A stretch of DNA of 64,000 nt, taken from the NCBI RefSeq assembly GCF_004010195.1, contig NC_057749.1, positions 11,189,745-11,253,744 on the forward strand, written 5' to 3'. The translations under genes were made by a program, and so were the position numbers. Origin of the DNA: Chiloscyllium plagiosum (lineage: Eukaryota). Shown here piece by piece: positions 13,534 to 27,241 of the stretch; the first letter of the stretch is position 1, and the number at the start of each line of letters is the position of its first letter. A model generated the notes under the pieces. That model was not told the DNA's origin and did not search any database. It worked only from the letters and a program-made list of their open reading frames with translations.

Positions 13534-16500
13534 TTAAAGGTTTTCGTGAAGATCTGTAGCTCAGATTGTGGATGACATAGTTGGTTAGCTCATGGGGCTG
13601 CTGGATTATCATGCAGACGTTTCATTAGCATGCTGGTAACATCAGTGCGACTTCTGTGTTATTCAGTCTGCTTGGTTATTGTGTGATGGAAATGTGTTGC
13701 TGGAAAAGCGCAGCAGGTCAGGCAGCATCTAGGGAACAGGAGAATCGACGTTTCGGGCATTGTGTGGTCCAGTCTGTTGAGGTGAGTGTCCCTTCTGGGT
13801 CTTCTCTGTAGTGGTTTGTACGCTTTGTCTACGTGTTTGTTGATAGCCTTTTTGGTTGAAAACCAGGCTTCCTAGAACTCTCTGGCATACCTTTGGTTGA
13901 CTTGTCCTGGAATGGTTACCCAAGAAGGGTCATGATTAATGATGCTCACAACATTAATGATGCTTTCAATAATATGCACAGGAAGTTGCGCACCAAAAAT
14001 CACAGTACCTGAACTCAATCAATGAACAATGGACTAAGACTCTGGAGAAAGCCATCACTGTTGTCCAACATAAAACCAGAACCAGGAAGAGACTTACACT
14101 GCTTGAGAAATTGGCTAAACTGACACAAAACAACAACAAAAGACAAACCAGACACATGGATAAGACATCTATCTAAAAGAACACTCAATGACACGGGGAA
14201 AGCTATCCTAACATGCAGACTCAATTACAACCATGAAGACACTGACAGAACGGACTTCCTGGCTGCCCTTGAAGCAACACCAACTAACTTACAGAGGAGA
14301 CACAGCAGACAATCTGACAAACCATAGACCCCACACTAACCCGGAGAAACACCCTCAGTGCACCAGAAAGGAAAGCATTAAAAGGACTCAAGGAGGACAA
14401 AAACCAGGCGACAAAGGGTATATGACCATTATAATGAACAGATAGGAATACGCTGAGACACTGCTGGACAATATCAACACCTGCCAACAGATGGAGACTG
14501 ACCCAATAGCCAATATGATTACATACACCGCTGAACAAATTGAAACAAATGGGACAGATAACCAAAACTGACTACCTCAGAATGAAACCAGAAGGCTGCA
14601 ACACCCCCGCCCCCCGCTTTTACGGACTCCCGAAAGTACATAAATTCAAACCCAAAGTCTCGCTACCAGGCACACCAATGCACAAACTGGCCAAGGAATT
14701 GCAACGAAGACTGAAACACCTTGTCAGTGGTCAACCCACCCCATTCATTTGACCCAAGAATTCCTCAACAGACTCACGAACACTAAAATTGATGAGGATT
14801 AAATTGTAGTTTCATTGGATGTCACGGCACTCCATTTTCACCTCTACTGACATACCACTAGCCAAGAAAACAATTGCCAAGTGACAATGACTCCTAGCAA
14901 CACCATCAGCAGAAACAACATGCTCAAGCTATTTCAACAAGTCAACACACACCGATGGGCTCTTCCATCTCGGGACTAATAGCAGAAGCAGTCATGCAGA
15001 GTCTTGAAAACACAGCTCTTCCCCTGATTATTTGTTATCAAACATACAAGACTGGAGGAGATTTACCACCTCATTAACAGTATACTCACCGGCATCATGT
15101 TTACCAGGGTTGAAGGAGACGACAACAACCTCCCAGCCCTAGATGTCAAGGTAGAACAGAGGACTCACAACCAAAAGTATACAGGAAACCCACCCAGACC
15201 AGATCCTGAACTACAATGGCAGCCACTCCAATAGCCATAAATGAAGCTGTGTCAGGACACTATTCAAAAGAGCTGTGACACACTGCAACACACCAGAACT
15301 GCACAAGGATCAAGAAAAACACTTACACAAAGTCTCTGCTAACAATGGATGCTCCACTAGCTTCGCCCACCGATGCCTGTCCAACAAACAATGCCAAGAT
15401 GACACTGTACCTACCAACACACTGGCCACCCTAACCTGTGTGAAGAACATATCAGAATTAACTACCAGGCTGTTACAACCACTGGGTAGTGTGATAGTAT
15501 ACCAACCAACAGCCACACTACCAGGACTAAAGATCTCATACCCACAACATGTAGGACCAACATGGCACACAAAATCCCTTGCAACAACTGTAATAAGCAC
15601 TACATCGGACAAACAGGAAGAAAACTAGCCATTCAACTTCAAGAATACCAATTGACAACTAAACTACATGATCCACTCTCCCTCGTGTCCAGACACACAG
15701 ACCAAGAGGACCATCAATTCAACCATGACAAAGTAACCATTCTAGGACAAATCAACCAGAGACACGCCAGAGAGTTCTTGAAAGCCTGGTTTCAACCAAA
15801 AAGGCCATCAACAAACACATAAACTCAGTCTACAAACCGCTACAGAGAAGACCCCGAATTGGCACTCACCCCCGACAGACTAGACCATATAAAATCAAAG
15901 CCGACAAAACAACAGCACTTCACAGAAGTCGCATTGATGATGTTACCAGCATGGTAAGGCCATAAGGAATAGGAGTGGCCCTTCAAGTCCACTCAGCCAT
16001 TTAATCATGGCTGAAGAGCATTTCAACGCCACTTACCTGCACTCTCCCCCATCCCTTAATTCCTTGTGAGATTGTGAATTCCACAGGCCCACCACTCTCT
16101 GGCTGAAGACATGTCTCCTCATTTCCGTTCTAAATTGACCCCCTCTAAATCTAAGGCTGTGCCCACGAGTCCTAATATTCCCGCCGGACGGAAACAATTT
16201 CCCAGCATCCACCCTTTCTAAGCCTTGTATTATCTTGTAAGTTTCTATTAGATCTCCCCTCAACCTTCTGAGCTTTAACAAATACAATCCCAAGATCCTC
16301 ATCCATTCATCGTATGTTAGGCCTACCATTCCAGGGATCATCCAAGTGAATCTCCGCTGTACATACTCCAGTGCCAGTCTGTTCTTCCTGAGGTGTGGGA
16401 CTCAAAAGTGGACACAGTTTTCTAAATGGGGCCTAATCAGAGCTTTATAAAGTCTTAGCAGCACCTCACTGCTTTTACATTCTAACCCTCTTGAAATAAA

Positions 16501-16702
16501 TGACCACATTACATTTGCTTTCTTAACCATGGACTCAACATGTAAGTCAACCTTTATAGAATTCTGTACTCACACTCCTAGATCCCTATGTACTTTGGCT
16601 TTATGAATTTTCTCACCGTTTATAAAATCGTCCTTGCTGGTGTTCTTTTTTCCAAAACATCTGCATGATAACCCAGCAGCTCAGCGAGCTAACCAACTAC
16701 CT
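13534..16702 (+). mobile_element. Decayed Penelope/Poseidon-type PLE with inverted 5' pseudo-LTR, interrupted by a CR1
   Basis: PRFYGLPKVHK RT motif; GIY-YIG KIPCNNCNKHYIGQTGRKL...HAREFLKAW. The left end is the reverse complement of the right end. Imperfect duplication AATC(T/C)TTCCA(C/G)AT at 13521-13533 and 16703-16715, inside an older PLE fragment. Confidence 0.8.
15958..16652 (-). mobile_element. CR1 LINE 3' fragment inserted in a PLE pseudo-LTR
   Basis: ORF 16033-16341 has LRRLRGDLIETYKI...FSQRVVGLWNS; PLE sequence resumes at ~16655. Confidence 0.85.
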
Positions 16703-17389
16703 AATCCTTCCAGATCTGGCAGAGGTTCACCTGCACTTCATCCAACCTGATTGATTGCTCCTGATGTGGTCTCCTCTATATCAGGGAGAAGCCCCCTTCT
16801 CCTTATTTGCATCCCCATTAGCCTACTTCTTATTCTGAGACAGTGTCCCCTGGTTCTAGAACCACACAGCCAAGGGAAACATCATTTACATTATCAAGAT
16901 GAATAATGGGCATCTTCTAGCCAAAGAGTACCAAATATGAAAGTACAGCAGCATACAGGAATTCCCAGCATTCTTGTCCTCTTCAGTTGGTAGTGACGCT
17001 GTTGGTTGGGTCATGTGAACAGGATGGATGATGGCTTCATCATAAAAAATATGTTCTACGTCAAGCTTGCTACTGGAGGGAAATTAATTGACCTCACCCG
17101 CAATGCAAGAACTTTGTAAGGAAGACCTGATGCTTGCCAAGATCAGAGTCAGCAGAAGGGAAATTCTAGCTGGAATCAAAGTTCTTGGAGACAAGCATTC
17201 AGGAAGGCATAGAACAGAGGACAAAATGGCCAGATGGCAGGAAAGAGAGCCTGCCAGAAGGAAAAGACACAAGTAAATCTCAGGCAATGCTTTGCATCTG
17301 TGCCAGCTATGAATGGGATGGCCACTCATGAATCAACTTCTACAGCCACAACAAATGATGTCAAGTCCAGAAATGAAATACATTCTAGG

Positions 17390-19705
17390 GACAGTTCATC
17401 ATGTGGGGCAAGTAAGGAGGTTCTGAGTTCAGGAGTGGAGGTGCCTCAGCCCTTGACTTTGTCCAACAGGTATGAGATTTCTGCTCCCTGTATGAGGTAA
17501 AGGGCTGTGGATAGGATGAGCCAGCTGACCATGGTGCAGAAGGCCATTCAAGACGGGGGGAGCAAAAAGACACGTCGTTGTTATAGGGGATTCTATAATT
17601 AGGAGGACAGATAGTATCTTTTGTGAGCCAGATTGGGAGTCCCACATGGTGTGTTGCCTGCCCGGTGCCAGGGTGCAGGACATCGAGGGTCATAATCTCT
17701 GGATTACTGCCCGAACGTCATGCTAATTGGCATAGGGATAAGAAAATTAGGGAAGTAAACATGTGGCTAAGAGATTGGTGTGGGAAAGAGGGATTCCATT
17801 TCATGGGATATTGGCATCAGCTTTCGAACCGGGGTGATCTGTACCGATGGGATGGTCTCCACCAGAACCGATCTGGAACCAGTGTTCTAGCGAAAAGGAT
17901 AAATAGGGTGGTCACTTGGACTTTAAACTTGTGAGTCGGGAGGAAGGGAAAGGGAAAGCGACAGCGAGTATGGAGTCAAGTAGAAAGATAAGTAGCAGGT
18001 TCGCATGTGTGCAGGGTTTAAGTTCAAGACAGACTAGGAACAAAGCAAAAAAGGAACGATAATTTAGGACATATTACGAGAGATGTTGGAAATCATGAAG
18101 TCAAGAAAGTTAGCATTAAGGCACTTTACCCGAATGCTCATAGTATTTGTAACAAAGTAGATGAATTAACAGCACAAATCATCGTGAATGATTATGATGT
18201 GGTAGGCATCACAGAGATGTAGTTGCAGGGGGTTCAAGACTGACAGTTAAATATCCAAGGATTTACAACTTATCAAAAAGACAGGGAGGTGGGCAGAGGG
18301 GGCAGGATTGTTAGTTAAGAATGAAATTAAATCTGTGGCACTGAATGACATAGACTCCACATCCTCTGATCCTAAGTGGGTGGAGTTGAGGAACCAAAGG
18401 CAAAAAAAGTTATGTACAGACCTCCTAACAGTGGTCAGGACCAGGGACACAAGGATGTACCAGGAAATAGATGGGGCATGTCAGAAAGGCACGGTCACGG
18501 TGATTATGGGAGACTTGAATATGCAGGTGTACTGGGTGAATTATATTGCAGGTGGATCTAAAGAAAGGGAATTCATGGAATGCTGTTTGGAACAGGTTGT
18601 GGTAGAGCCCACAAGGGAGCAGGCTATTCTGGACTTAGTGCTACGTAATGAGCCAGACATTATAAAAGAGCTTAAAGTAAAGGAACACTTAGGAGGCAGC
18701 AATCATAATGTGATAGAGTTCAGTCTACAGTTTGAAAGAGAGAATGCAAAATCGGATGTAATGGTGTGACAGTTAAGTAAAGGTATTTACAGGGGCATAA
18801 GAGAGGAACTGATGAAAATCGACTGGAAGCACAGCCTTGCGGTGAAGGCAGTAGAGCTACAATGGCAGGAGTTTCTGGGTGTAACTGAGGACACAGCATA
18901 GAGATTCATCCCAAAGAAAAGAATGATTATCTGGGGTGGGGGGTATTTCGACAGTGTATCATAGAAGGAGAGAGAACCTATAAAGTGGCCAAGAGCACTG
19001 GGAAATCAGAAGATTGGAAAGACTACAGAAACAAACAGAGTATAACAAAGAGAGAAATAAGGAGAGAATCAAGTATGAATGCTGGATAGCCAGTAATATT
19101 AGAAATGATAGTAAAAGTTTCTTTCAATACATAAGAATCAAACAAGAGGCAAAAGTAGACATTGGGCTGCTCCAAATTGATGCAGGAAGGCTGGTGCTGG
19201 GAGATAAGGAAAGTACTTTGTGTCAATCTTCACAGTGGAAGATATGAATAATATCCCAACAATTAATGAGAGTTAGGGGGCAGAGTTGAGTATGGTGGCC
19301 ATTACAAAAGAAAGTGCTAGAAAAGCTAAAAAGTCTAAAAGTTGATCAATATCCTTGCCCTGATGGGCGACATCCTAGAGTTCTGAGGGAGATGGCTCAC
19401 GAAATAATGGAGACGTCGATTGTGATCTTTCAAAATAGAATTAGAATTATAGGGGGTCAATTTAGAATGGAAACGAGGAGACATTTCTTCAGCCAGAGAG
19501 TGGTGGGCCTGTGGAATTCATTGCCACAGAGCACAGTGGAGGTCGGGATGTTAAATGTCTTCAAGGCAAAGATTGATAAATTCTTGATCTTGCAAGGTAT
19601 TAAGGGCTACTGGGAGAGTGCAGGTAAGTGGAGTTGAAATGCCCATCAGCCATGATTAAATGGCGGAGCAGACTCGATGGGCCAAATGGCCTTACTTCCA
19701 CTCCT
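17390..19705 (+). mobile_element. Internally deleted CR1 retaining ORF1 SGNH/GDSL esterase and APE endonuclease remnants
   Basis: VVIGDSII...VCCLPGARV...LYRWDGLH (esterase); IMGDLN and PTREQAILDLVL (endonuclease); jumps to the 3' end at ~19435. Confidence 0.85.
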
Positions 19706-21129
19706 ATGTCTTATGGTCTTATGATGTCCCAAGATGGAAGGTGGTATCAGGATGTTGGTTGATACATATAAATGAACAGAGATACGGTAGAGAACATGGT
19801 GAATCTGGGAGGAATGTTCTTCAGAGTCGGTGCAGAATCTATGGCCTCTTTCTGCACAGTAGGGATTCTAATGCTTCGAGCTCAAGCCTGGTATTGTCCA
19901 GGTTTCATTTGTGAATTTTGATGATCATTCTGCAACCAAAATGATTATTCTCAATTCTGATTTTATTATGTAGGGAAGTTCATCAAAATTAAACTGTTGA
20001 AGATGGTTGAACCTAAAACACTACCCTGAGGAACACCTGCAGAGATGCCCTTCCAATCACCTCCTGAGGTCAGTGGTCGGCAATGACTACTACCTTCCTT
20101 GTGCTGAATATGATTCCAACCAGCAGTTAACCTTCCCAATTCCCACTGATTTAAATTTTACTAGGGCTCAATGATGCAACACTGAATAAAATGCTGCCTT
20201 GAGAATTTGAATAAAGATTTGTGCACCTTGTAAAAAAAAAGAAAGAAAAAAATTTTAAAAATAAAATGCTGCCTTGATATCAAGGATAGTCACTCTCACC
20301 TTGAATTCCACGAGTTGTCCTTGCTTGGGCCAAAGTTGTAATGAAGTCCAAAGCTGATGGCCTTGACGAAACCCAAACTGAGTGTCAGTGAGCAGGTTAT
20401 TGTTGTGTCAATGCCACTTGATAGCAAAGGTAACTTCCATCAGTTCGCTGACCGAAGACCCAACTTGCACGCAGTGCCTTCAAGTCATTTATGGGTACAT
20501 GATGTGGATCAAATGGGCTGAAGACTAGCATCAGTGGCACAGGATCAAACTAAGTTGAACATCCAAGATGTTGTCTTGGATGGTTGAAAATGCACCAATG
20601 AACTGGATATTGACATTTGTGGAGTCTTCATCCAGTTAGTTGTTTAATTTTCCATCACCATTAAAAATAAATCTGCAGGACTGTCTAGCCTGACTAATCC
20701 CATGAGCAACCAATATGCTGTTGTTATCTCCAGCTTATTGTAGGGTTACCTATCTGTGGATTGCCACCGCCTGCAGTAGAGAGATTCAAGTGTTCCACTG
20801 ATCCAGAGAGCAATGCCATTAGGTGTTCTCCACTCCTAGCAACGCCCATCCAATCGATAATGTCAGAAGGAACCAGACAAAGCTCAATACAAAACAAGTC
20901 CTCAATGGCAATCCACGCAAAAGATATTTGTGTGATAACATTGGTTGCATTAGCAAATGAAGGCTGAAACAGAAGGAAGAATCCCAGTCATTGAGGTTTC
21001 CTTGCTACTGAGACCAGATTTACCTTGTGTCAAGGACCATGAGTCTGGCTAATGTGTAACAGCATTTTCAGACTTCTACTTCACCCTGGATACTATACTT
21101 ACCAATACCCTTAAGGAAGATAAAAATAT

Positions 21130-23700
21130 CATCCTTTGGGAGTTTGGCACCAAGTTTGGAAAGGACGTCCAACATTGGAGAGAAACCACTGGAAAGGAAG
21201 GAGATGAGAATTGCAACTCCAACAGTATTCTCCTGGTCAGCAAGTGTGCGGAGTGGCAGCTAGTCATCACCAGCACATTGTTCCATGAAAAAGGCAAGTT
21301 CAAGACTTCTTGGAGGTATCAAAGCACTGGCACAGGATCAATTTCATAATCATTTGACACCAAGACCAAAATGATGTCCTCATTACAAAACCTATGACCT
21401 ATGCAGGCAACAACATTGATAGACCACCGGCTCATCCGCTTCTCAAAGTCGATCAAATACCATCAGAAGGAGCTGAACAGTTCAGACAAAAGCTCAACGT
21501 TGAGCAGCTTCAAGAACCAAGCGAACTAGTGAACTTTCATCAAACTCTCCAAAGCATGTATTTTCATGGAGTGGAGTAAATCTGGAAAGAGCTGAAGACA
21601 GGCATCCCATCATGCTGTGAAGGAAACGTACAAGACTGGGAAACACCAAAACTGGTTTGATGAGAATGACCACTCATCCAAGACCTCATTGACAGGAAAC
21701 GGAAAGCTCTCATGGCTGGAAAAGCAATATCACCATGAGGCAAAGAGGACAATTCATCAAACAGCAATGGAGTAGTAATAAAGAAGAACTAGGGAAATCA
21801 AAAACCAACGGTGGAGTGGGAAAACTAAGGAACTCCTTGCTGACAAGCACGACACCCAGTGCTTCTTCAGTGCCACCAAGGCAATATACAGACCCAAAAC
21901 TGGCGCAGAACAAGAATGGAACCCTTTTGAGAGATAGAAAAAGCATCATCCTCCAATGGAGACAATACTTCAAAAGAACTCGCAAACCATGACACAATCA
22001 TCACTGAGCATACGTTTGAAGAAATCCCTCACTTCCCCATCAAAGATTTTCTTGGACTCCCACCTAGTGTAGCAGAAGTTGAAGCTGCCATCAGATATAT
22101 GAAGAACAGAAAAGCTGCAGGAGTAGACTGCATTCCAGCAGAGATTTTCAAAGTTGGAGGAGCAGGAATTACCCAGCATCTCCATCAACCGTTCCTGAAA
22201 AATGTGGGACAAAAGAAGAAATCTATGCCAATCTCAGACATGCTACCATCACCAATGTCTTCGAGGAAGGAGACAAAGTAGGAACTACCAAGGAATCTCC
22301 CTGCTCTCCATCATTGGAATATTGCTGCCCAAATCCTCACTCGGTGCTTTTTCCCAGACCATTGACAACACTCTTCCTGAAAGCAAGTGTGGCTTCCAAC
22401 CAAACTGTGGAACTATAGACATGATTTTCACTGTTCAGCAACTCCTAGAGAAATACCACTCTACACGGTCTCCAAGACTTTTTACTCAGTCAGACCGGTT
22501 GTCTAGCAAAATTTATCAACATCTTTCCTCTCCTCCACAAAAAGGTATCAGTGAAAGTCCTCACCAACTGAAATATGACAGGATCCTTTTGGGGTCATGA
22601 CAGGGGTCAAGCAGGGATAGCTTATCACCCCATCTTTTCCTCCATCTTCACTGACACCATTTTTCACCTTATTAAGAACAAGCATCCCAGTGGCACGGAC
22701 ATTGAAAAGCTTTCTGCTCATCCTGTAGCCAATCTCAATCAGTTGAAATTCAACACTGACCTCACTTGTGAAACTTCAGTATGTGGATGACAATGTCATC
22801 TCTGCTCTCTCAGAACAGAATCTTCAAGCCTTGCTTAATGCCTTCATAGGAGCATATAGGAGAACTGGCCCCAGCCTCAAGATGACAAATCTTTACAAAC
22901 CCATCCAGGTCAAATTCCAGTCCATCTCTCCATTAAGGTCAACGAAGAAATCCTGCCAAATGTGGAACGTTTCCTTTACCTAGAAAGCTACCACTCACTT
23001 AAGCCTGACTTTGGATGCGATGTTGAATCCCCACCTTCAGAAGCCCAAGGATGAAAGTCTTTGATGACTGTGACTTCTGTGTTGACACCAAGAACCTTGT
23101 GTGCGAGACAATCATTCTTCCAACTCTATGTGTCTCAGAAACTTGGACTACATATAGACCCCACTTCAAAACCCTTGAAAAGTATCGCCAACACAATTTG
23201 AGATGGATTCTCTGCATCAGCTGAGAAGACAGGTGTACTAACATCACTGTCCTTTAAGTCGCTAACAGTACCACCATCAAGGCCATGGTCATCCAATTCT
23301 GTTGGGCCAGCACATGCTTTTGTTGCTTGAGTTCTAACTGCCAAAGCAAATCTTCTTCAGCCCGTTCAAGGAAGGCATTCGAATGAGAGGAGGATAAAGG
23401 AAGTGTTTCAAAGACTCCTCCAATGCTTCTCCTAAGAAGTCAATGTTGTCAACACACGGAAGACTCTTGCTCAAAAGGAAACTGACTTGGAGGAAACTCT
23501 TATGTGAAGGGGCACAATTCTTCAAGAACACCCACGAGCAAGAATTAGTATGGAAAAGGAATCAAAAAAAGGAATGCCAATGGTGTCAAGCGAAGGATGA
23601 CTTCCATCTTCTAGAAACACCTGCAAAATATTGGATAGAAATGTAGCTCTAGGATCAAGTCTTTCAGGCATACAAGGATCCTTAGAATCCCTAAGTAGTG
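21130..23700 (+). mobile_element. Decayed RTE-clade LINE
   Basis: KAAGVDCIPAEIFK, NYQGISLLSI, LPESKCGFQPNCGTIDMIF and LQYVDD motifs. Confidence 0.75.
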
Positions 23701-24122
23701 AGAGGGAATTTCCTTGATGGAAAAATATACTTATTAGTGAGTATTCACTGACAATTTGAGGCTGAGTACCAAACTTCCACCAGACAACAGTATATGCAAA
23801 ATTCTCTTGGTTCATTTCTCTCACACAGCTCAAAGTCCAAAGCAGATGACCTGTGATTTTCCACCTTGAACTCCACCTGCCAGTTTTGCCCACACAAATT
23901 TATTAATCCCTGTTACTTCCAACTTTGATGAGGTAACTGCATGGTTTGGAGTCTCAGCCGAAGATTACCATCTGTCAATATACAAAGGAACTTTGATTAT
24001 TCGAACCTTATCGAATGTTCAGATAATCCAATACCGGATAACACAGTTTATCCAAGCACTGTGGCCTTACGATCTTGTTCTAATAATCCGAAATTTGGAT
24101 AATCGACATTTCGCAATACAAT

Positions 24123-24559
24123 TTTTTTTTATTTCAAAAATATACTTTATTCATATATATTTAATCTATACAATTGGACATGTCATCATCCTGTAAACAT
24201 TCCATTTTTTTACGTATCGAAACAGGGTAATCATTCATATTCACAGTTTGGTGCGATTACATTGAGCTCAGACGCCAGCGGAGCCCAAATAACTGCGTGG
24301 GCCCCCTGTTCTTCTTTAGGCAGGCAGATGTTAGACGGTGGTCTTTCCCCACCCGTCACGGCGCTGCTCGGGACGAACCTCGACAAACACCACTGCATTC
24401 CTCTCCAGACTTCTTCTGCGTAGGCACATTCCAGAAGGAGGTGTGTGACAGTCTCGTCCCCCCCGCAGCCGCTTCGAGAGCAGCGTGCGGTGCGGCAGAG
24501 AGTCCGGGCATGCATAAAGGATCTCACAGGCAGAGCCCTTCTCACCACCAGCCAAGCCA
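24123..24559 (-). mobile_element. Tx1/L1-clade LINE 3' fragment
   Basis: zf-RVT-like CSRSGCGGDETVTHLLLEC; poly(A) tail; TSD TCGCAATACAAT at 24111-24122 and 24560-24571. Confidence 0.8.
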
Positions 24560-24599
24560 TCGCAATACAATACTCCCTCAGCACCGACCCTCCGGCGGT

Positions 24600-24970
24600 G
24601 CGGCGCTCCCTCAGCACTGACCTTCTGACCTGAAACCTGGGCTCGTCTTGAACCCGCTAAGCGTCGCGCTCCGTTTCCATGGTTACTGCATGGTACTCAC
24701 CGGGTTGCCGAGCAGCCGAGCTCGGTACTTACTGGGGAGCATCACCCCTTCGACCTTTGCTGTCTCGGCCTTTCCTTCAGACACTCGCCCGCTGTCCGTC
24801 TTTCTCTCGTTTCCCCGTTACAATTGCCCGTTCTCAACACGACTCCCTCGCCCGGAGTCCTAACAAACAACAGCCTCTTCCGGTGCTGGCGGTGCCCACA
24901 CATTACCTTCCCCCAACAACCAGAGCCGCCTCTGCCATATCCTCCTCCTTCCCGCGTCCCCAGCAAACGT
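24600..24970 (-). promoter_or_regulatory. LRRC49 CpG-island promoter/first exon region with RFX X-box and ETS-like motif
   Basis: Locally high CpG density; GTTTCCATGGTTAC at 24673-24686; ACCGGAAG (minus strand) at 24877-24884. Confidence 0.6.
24701..24742 (-). CDS. LRRC49: LRRC49 (leucine-rich repeat-containing 49) coding exon 1
   Basis: ATG at 24742-24740 gives MLPSKYRARLLGNP, then a GTGAGT donor (phase 0), inside a CpG island. Resembles the recalled human N-terminus MIPGKYRSVSGRAA. Head-to-head with LARP6 as in human. Confidence 0.8.
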
Positions 24971-25349
24971 TGATACACCCAAAAAATTGTGATTTTGCAG
25001 TATTGAAAGTCTTGTGATTTGATCAATGGTAATCATTTATTATGCAAAATACAGAACTCAAAATCTCAATGGTATGATGTCTCAACGGAATCCTACTCAC
25101 GGTCTTTGTTCTCTTACATTCTGGTATTAAGTAAGAATGTAATATTGTGAGAGGTTTTACCATCAAATTGTAGGATTGATTTCACTGTTTGGTAAAGAAG
25201 TAGTGACGGGCGAACAACGCACCTCAGAGGAGCAGAATTCCTTCTTTGTCCTCCAACTCCATTTTGATTAGTTCATACCAACTCTCCTTCTCTCGATGCC
25301 CCAACGTCTTTACACGTAAATTGATGATTCAGAAAATAGGTAATTTATG

Positions 25350-25880
25350 GAGTTATACAGCACTGAAACAACTCCTTTGGTACACTGGTTCACGTCAACC
25401 AGATCTTATCTAAACTGATCGAATCCCATTTGCCAGTATTGGGCCCATATCCCATTTGCCAGCATTTGGTCCATGTCCCTCTAAGACCATCCTATTCAAG
25501 TACCCATCCAAAAGCTGTTTAAATGATGTAATTGTGCCAGCCTCTACCACTTCCTCTGCCAGCTTGTTCCTCACATGCATCACTCTCTGCATGAATCGAT
25601 TGCCCCTTAGGTCCCTTTTAAGATTTTCCCCTCATACCCTCTAGTTTTGGACTCTCCTACCCTGGGGAAAAGACCTTGGCTATTCATCCTATCCATGCCC
25701 CTCAATTTTATAAACCTGTATAAGGTCATCCCTCAGCCTTCAATGCTCCAGGAAAAAAAGCCCCAGCCTATTCAGCCTCTCCCCTAAGCTCAAGTCCTCC
25801 AATCTCAGCAACATCCTTCCAAATTTTTCCTAACCCTTTCAAGCTTAACAACATCCTTTCTATAATAGGGAGACCAGAAT
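25350..25880 (-). mobile_element. CR1 3' fragment
   Basis: Reverse complement of the CR1 3' ends at 9500-9950 and 30300-30810. Confidence 0.8.
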
Positions 25881-26814
25881 GATGAGTTTATCAGCTAAAT
25901 ATGGATAGATAGAGTGGACAAATAGGACTTTCCTCCAGATGCTGAAGATTTTTCAATGTAAGTATGTCTCTCATGAAGTAAGAAGACCAAATCATAGGTA
26001 GCATTTGAGTATGGCTTCACCAATATCAAATATAGCTATGGTGAGACCCACCCTATTGTTTTGCTCCATTCCCCCTTGCAATAAATGCCAATGTTCTGTT
26101 TTCCTAATCATCTCAGCCCATGGGCAATGCTGCAGATGCTCCTCAGGGTGGGCATTATGATATTGTTGTGAACATGCCAAAGACCATTCACAACCTGAGA
26201 AAATGAGACACCACTTTTTTATACCACTTTGACAGATAACTTTTAATGAACTTGGTCAGGCATAGTATAAGAGACCTCTGGAGCAGTGGGGACCTAAACC
26301 TAGGCTTCCTGGTCCAGAGGCAGGGACATTATCATTGTACCTGAAAATCAAATTTGAGCTCAGAAAAATGAGAGGCAATCTGGCTCAATTACTTAGGGTT
26401 CTTGACAGTACTTGACAGCAGTGATGCTCGCAGGAAGCCCCCTCATGGGAAAGTCGACAATAAGTGAATAGTTTAAACTGAGCTATCTGCTGTTAAGATG
26501 GAGAAGGGGAAGAATTTCTTCTCTCAGAAGAATGAAAAACTTTGGAATGCTTTTACACAAGGAGCAGTGGAGCCTGAGTGAGACATTTTAATCTATAAGA
26601 ATTATGAAGAAGCAGGAAATTCAGATCAACAAGAAGCTGAATGAATGGTGGAGCAGGTTCAAAGGGTTGGATAACCTACTCCTACTTCTTTTGCTTTTAG
26701 CTCAATCAATGGAGAGCTTTCTCTAAGTTGTAATATATTTATGTAATGGCAACGACTCACACTTCATTTCTGGAATTCAGCTCTTTTGACAATGTTTAGA
26801 ACCAGACTTTAATG

Positions 26815-26990
26815 GAAATAGCTAGAGAAACTCAGCTGGTTTGGTAGAATATGTGGAGAGAAAACAAAGTGAATGTTTCAGAGCCAGTGACCCTTCTTCA
26901 GAACTGACTGCAGCTAGAAAAAGCTTGGATTGTATGCTGAAGATGGAGGTGGGTGAGGAAAGAGTAAAGAATAAGTGGAGATGGCGATTT
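26815..26990 (-). mobile_element. Decayed PLE pseudo-LTR fragment
   Basis: Similar to the termini of the 58225-60105 element; hammerhead-like motif at ~26869-26904. Confidence 0.5.
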
Positions 26991-27241
26991 CCTTGCAGGT
27001 TGCAAGGAACATGTTAGGCGAGGGACAAGTCCTGCAGTTAGTTTATAAACCACATCAGAGAGTGCAGTCACGGAGCTGAGCAGGTCCATGGTTGGGTTGA
27101 CAAGATGGAGTAGGGAGAGAAGGAAAGAGAGAGACATGGAGAAAGAATGTTAGGAGGAAATCAATTTGAGTTCAGGAGGATGATTTCAAAGGCTAACAAT
27201 TAGACCAATGTCACCTTTTCCTTTTGGGATAAATCATTAAA

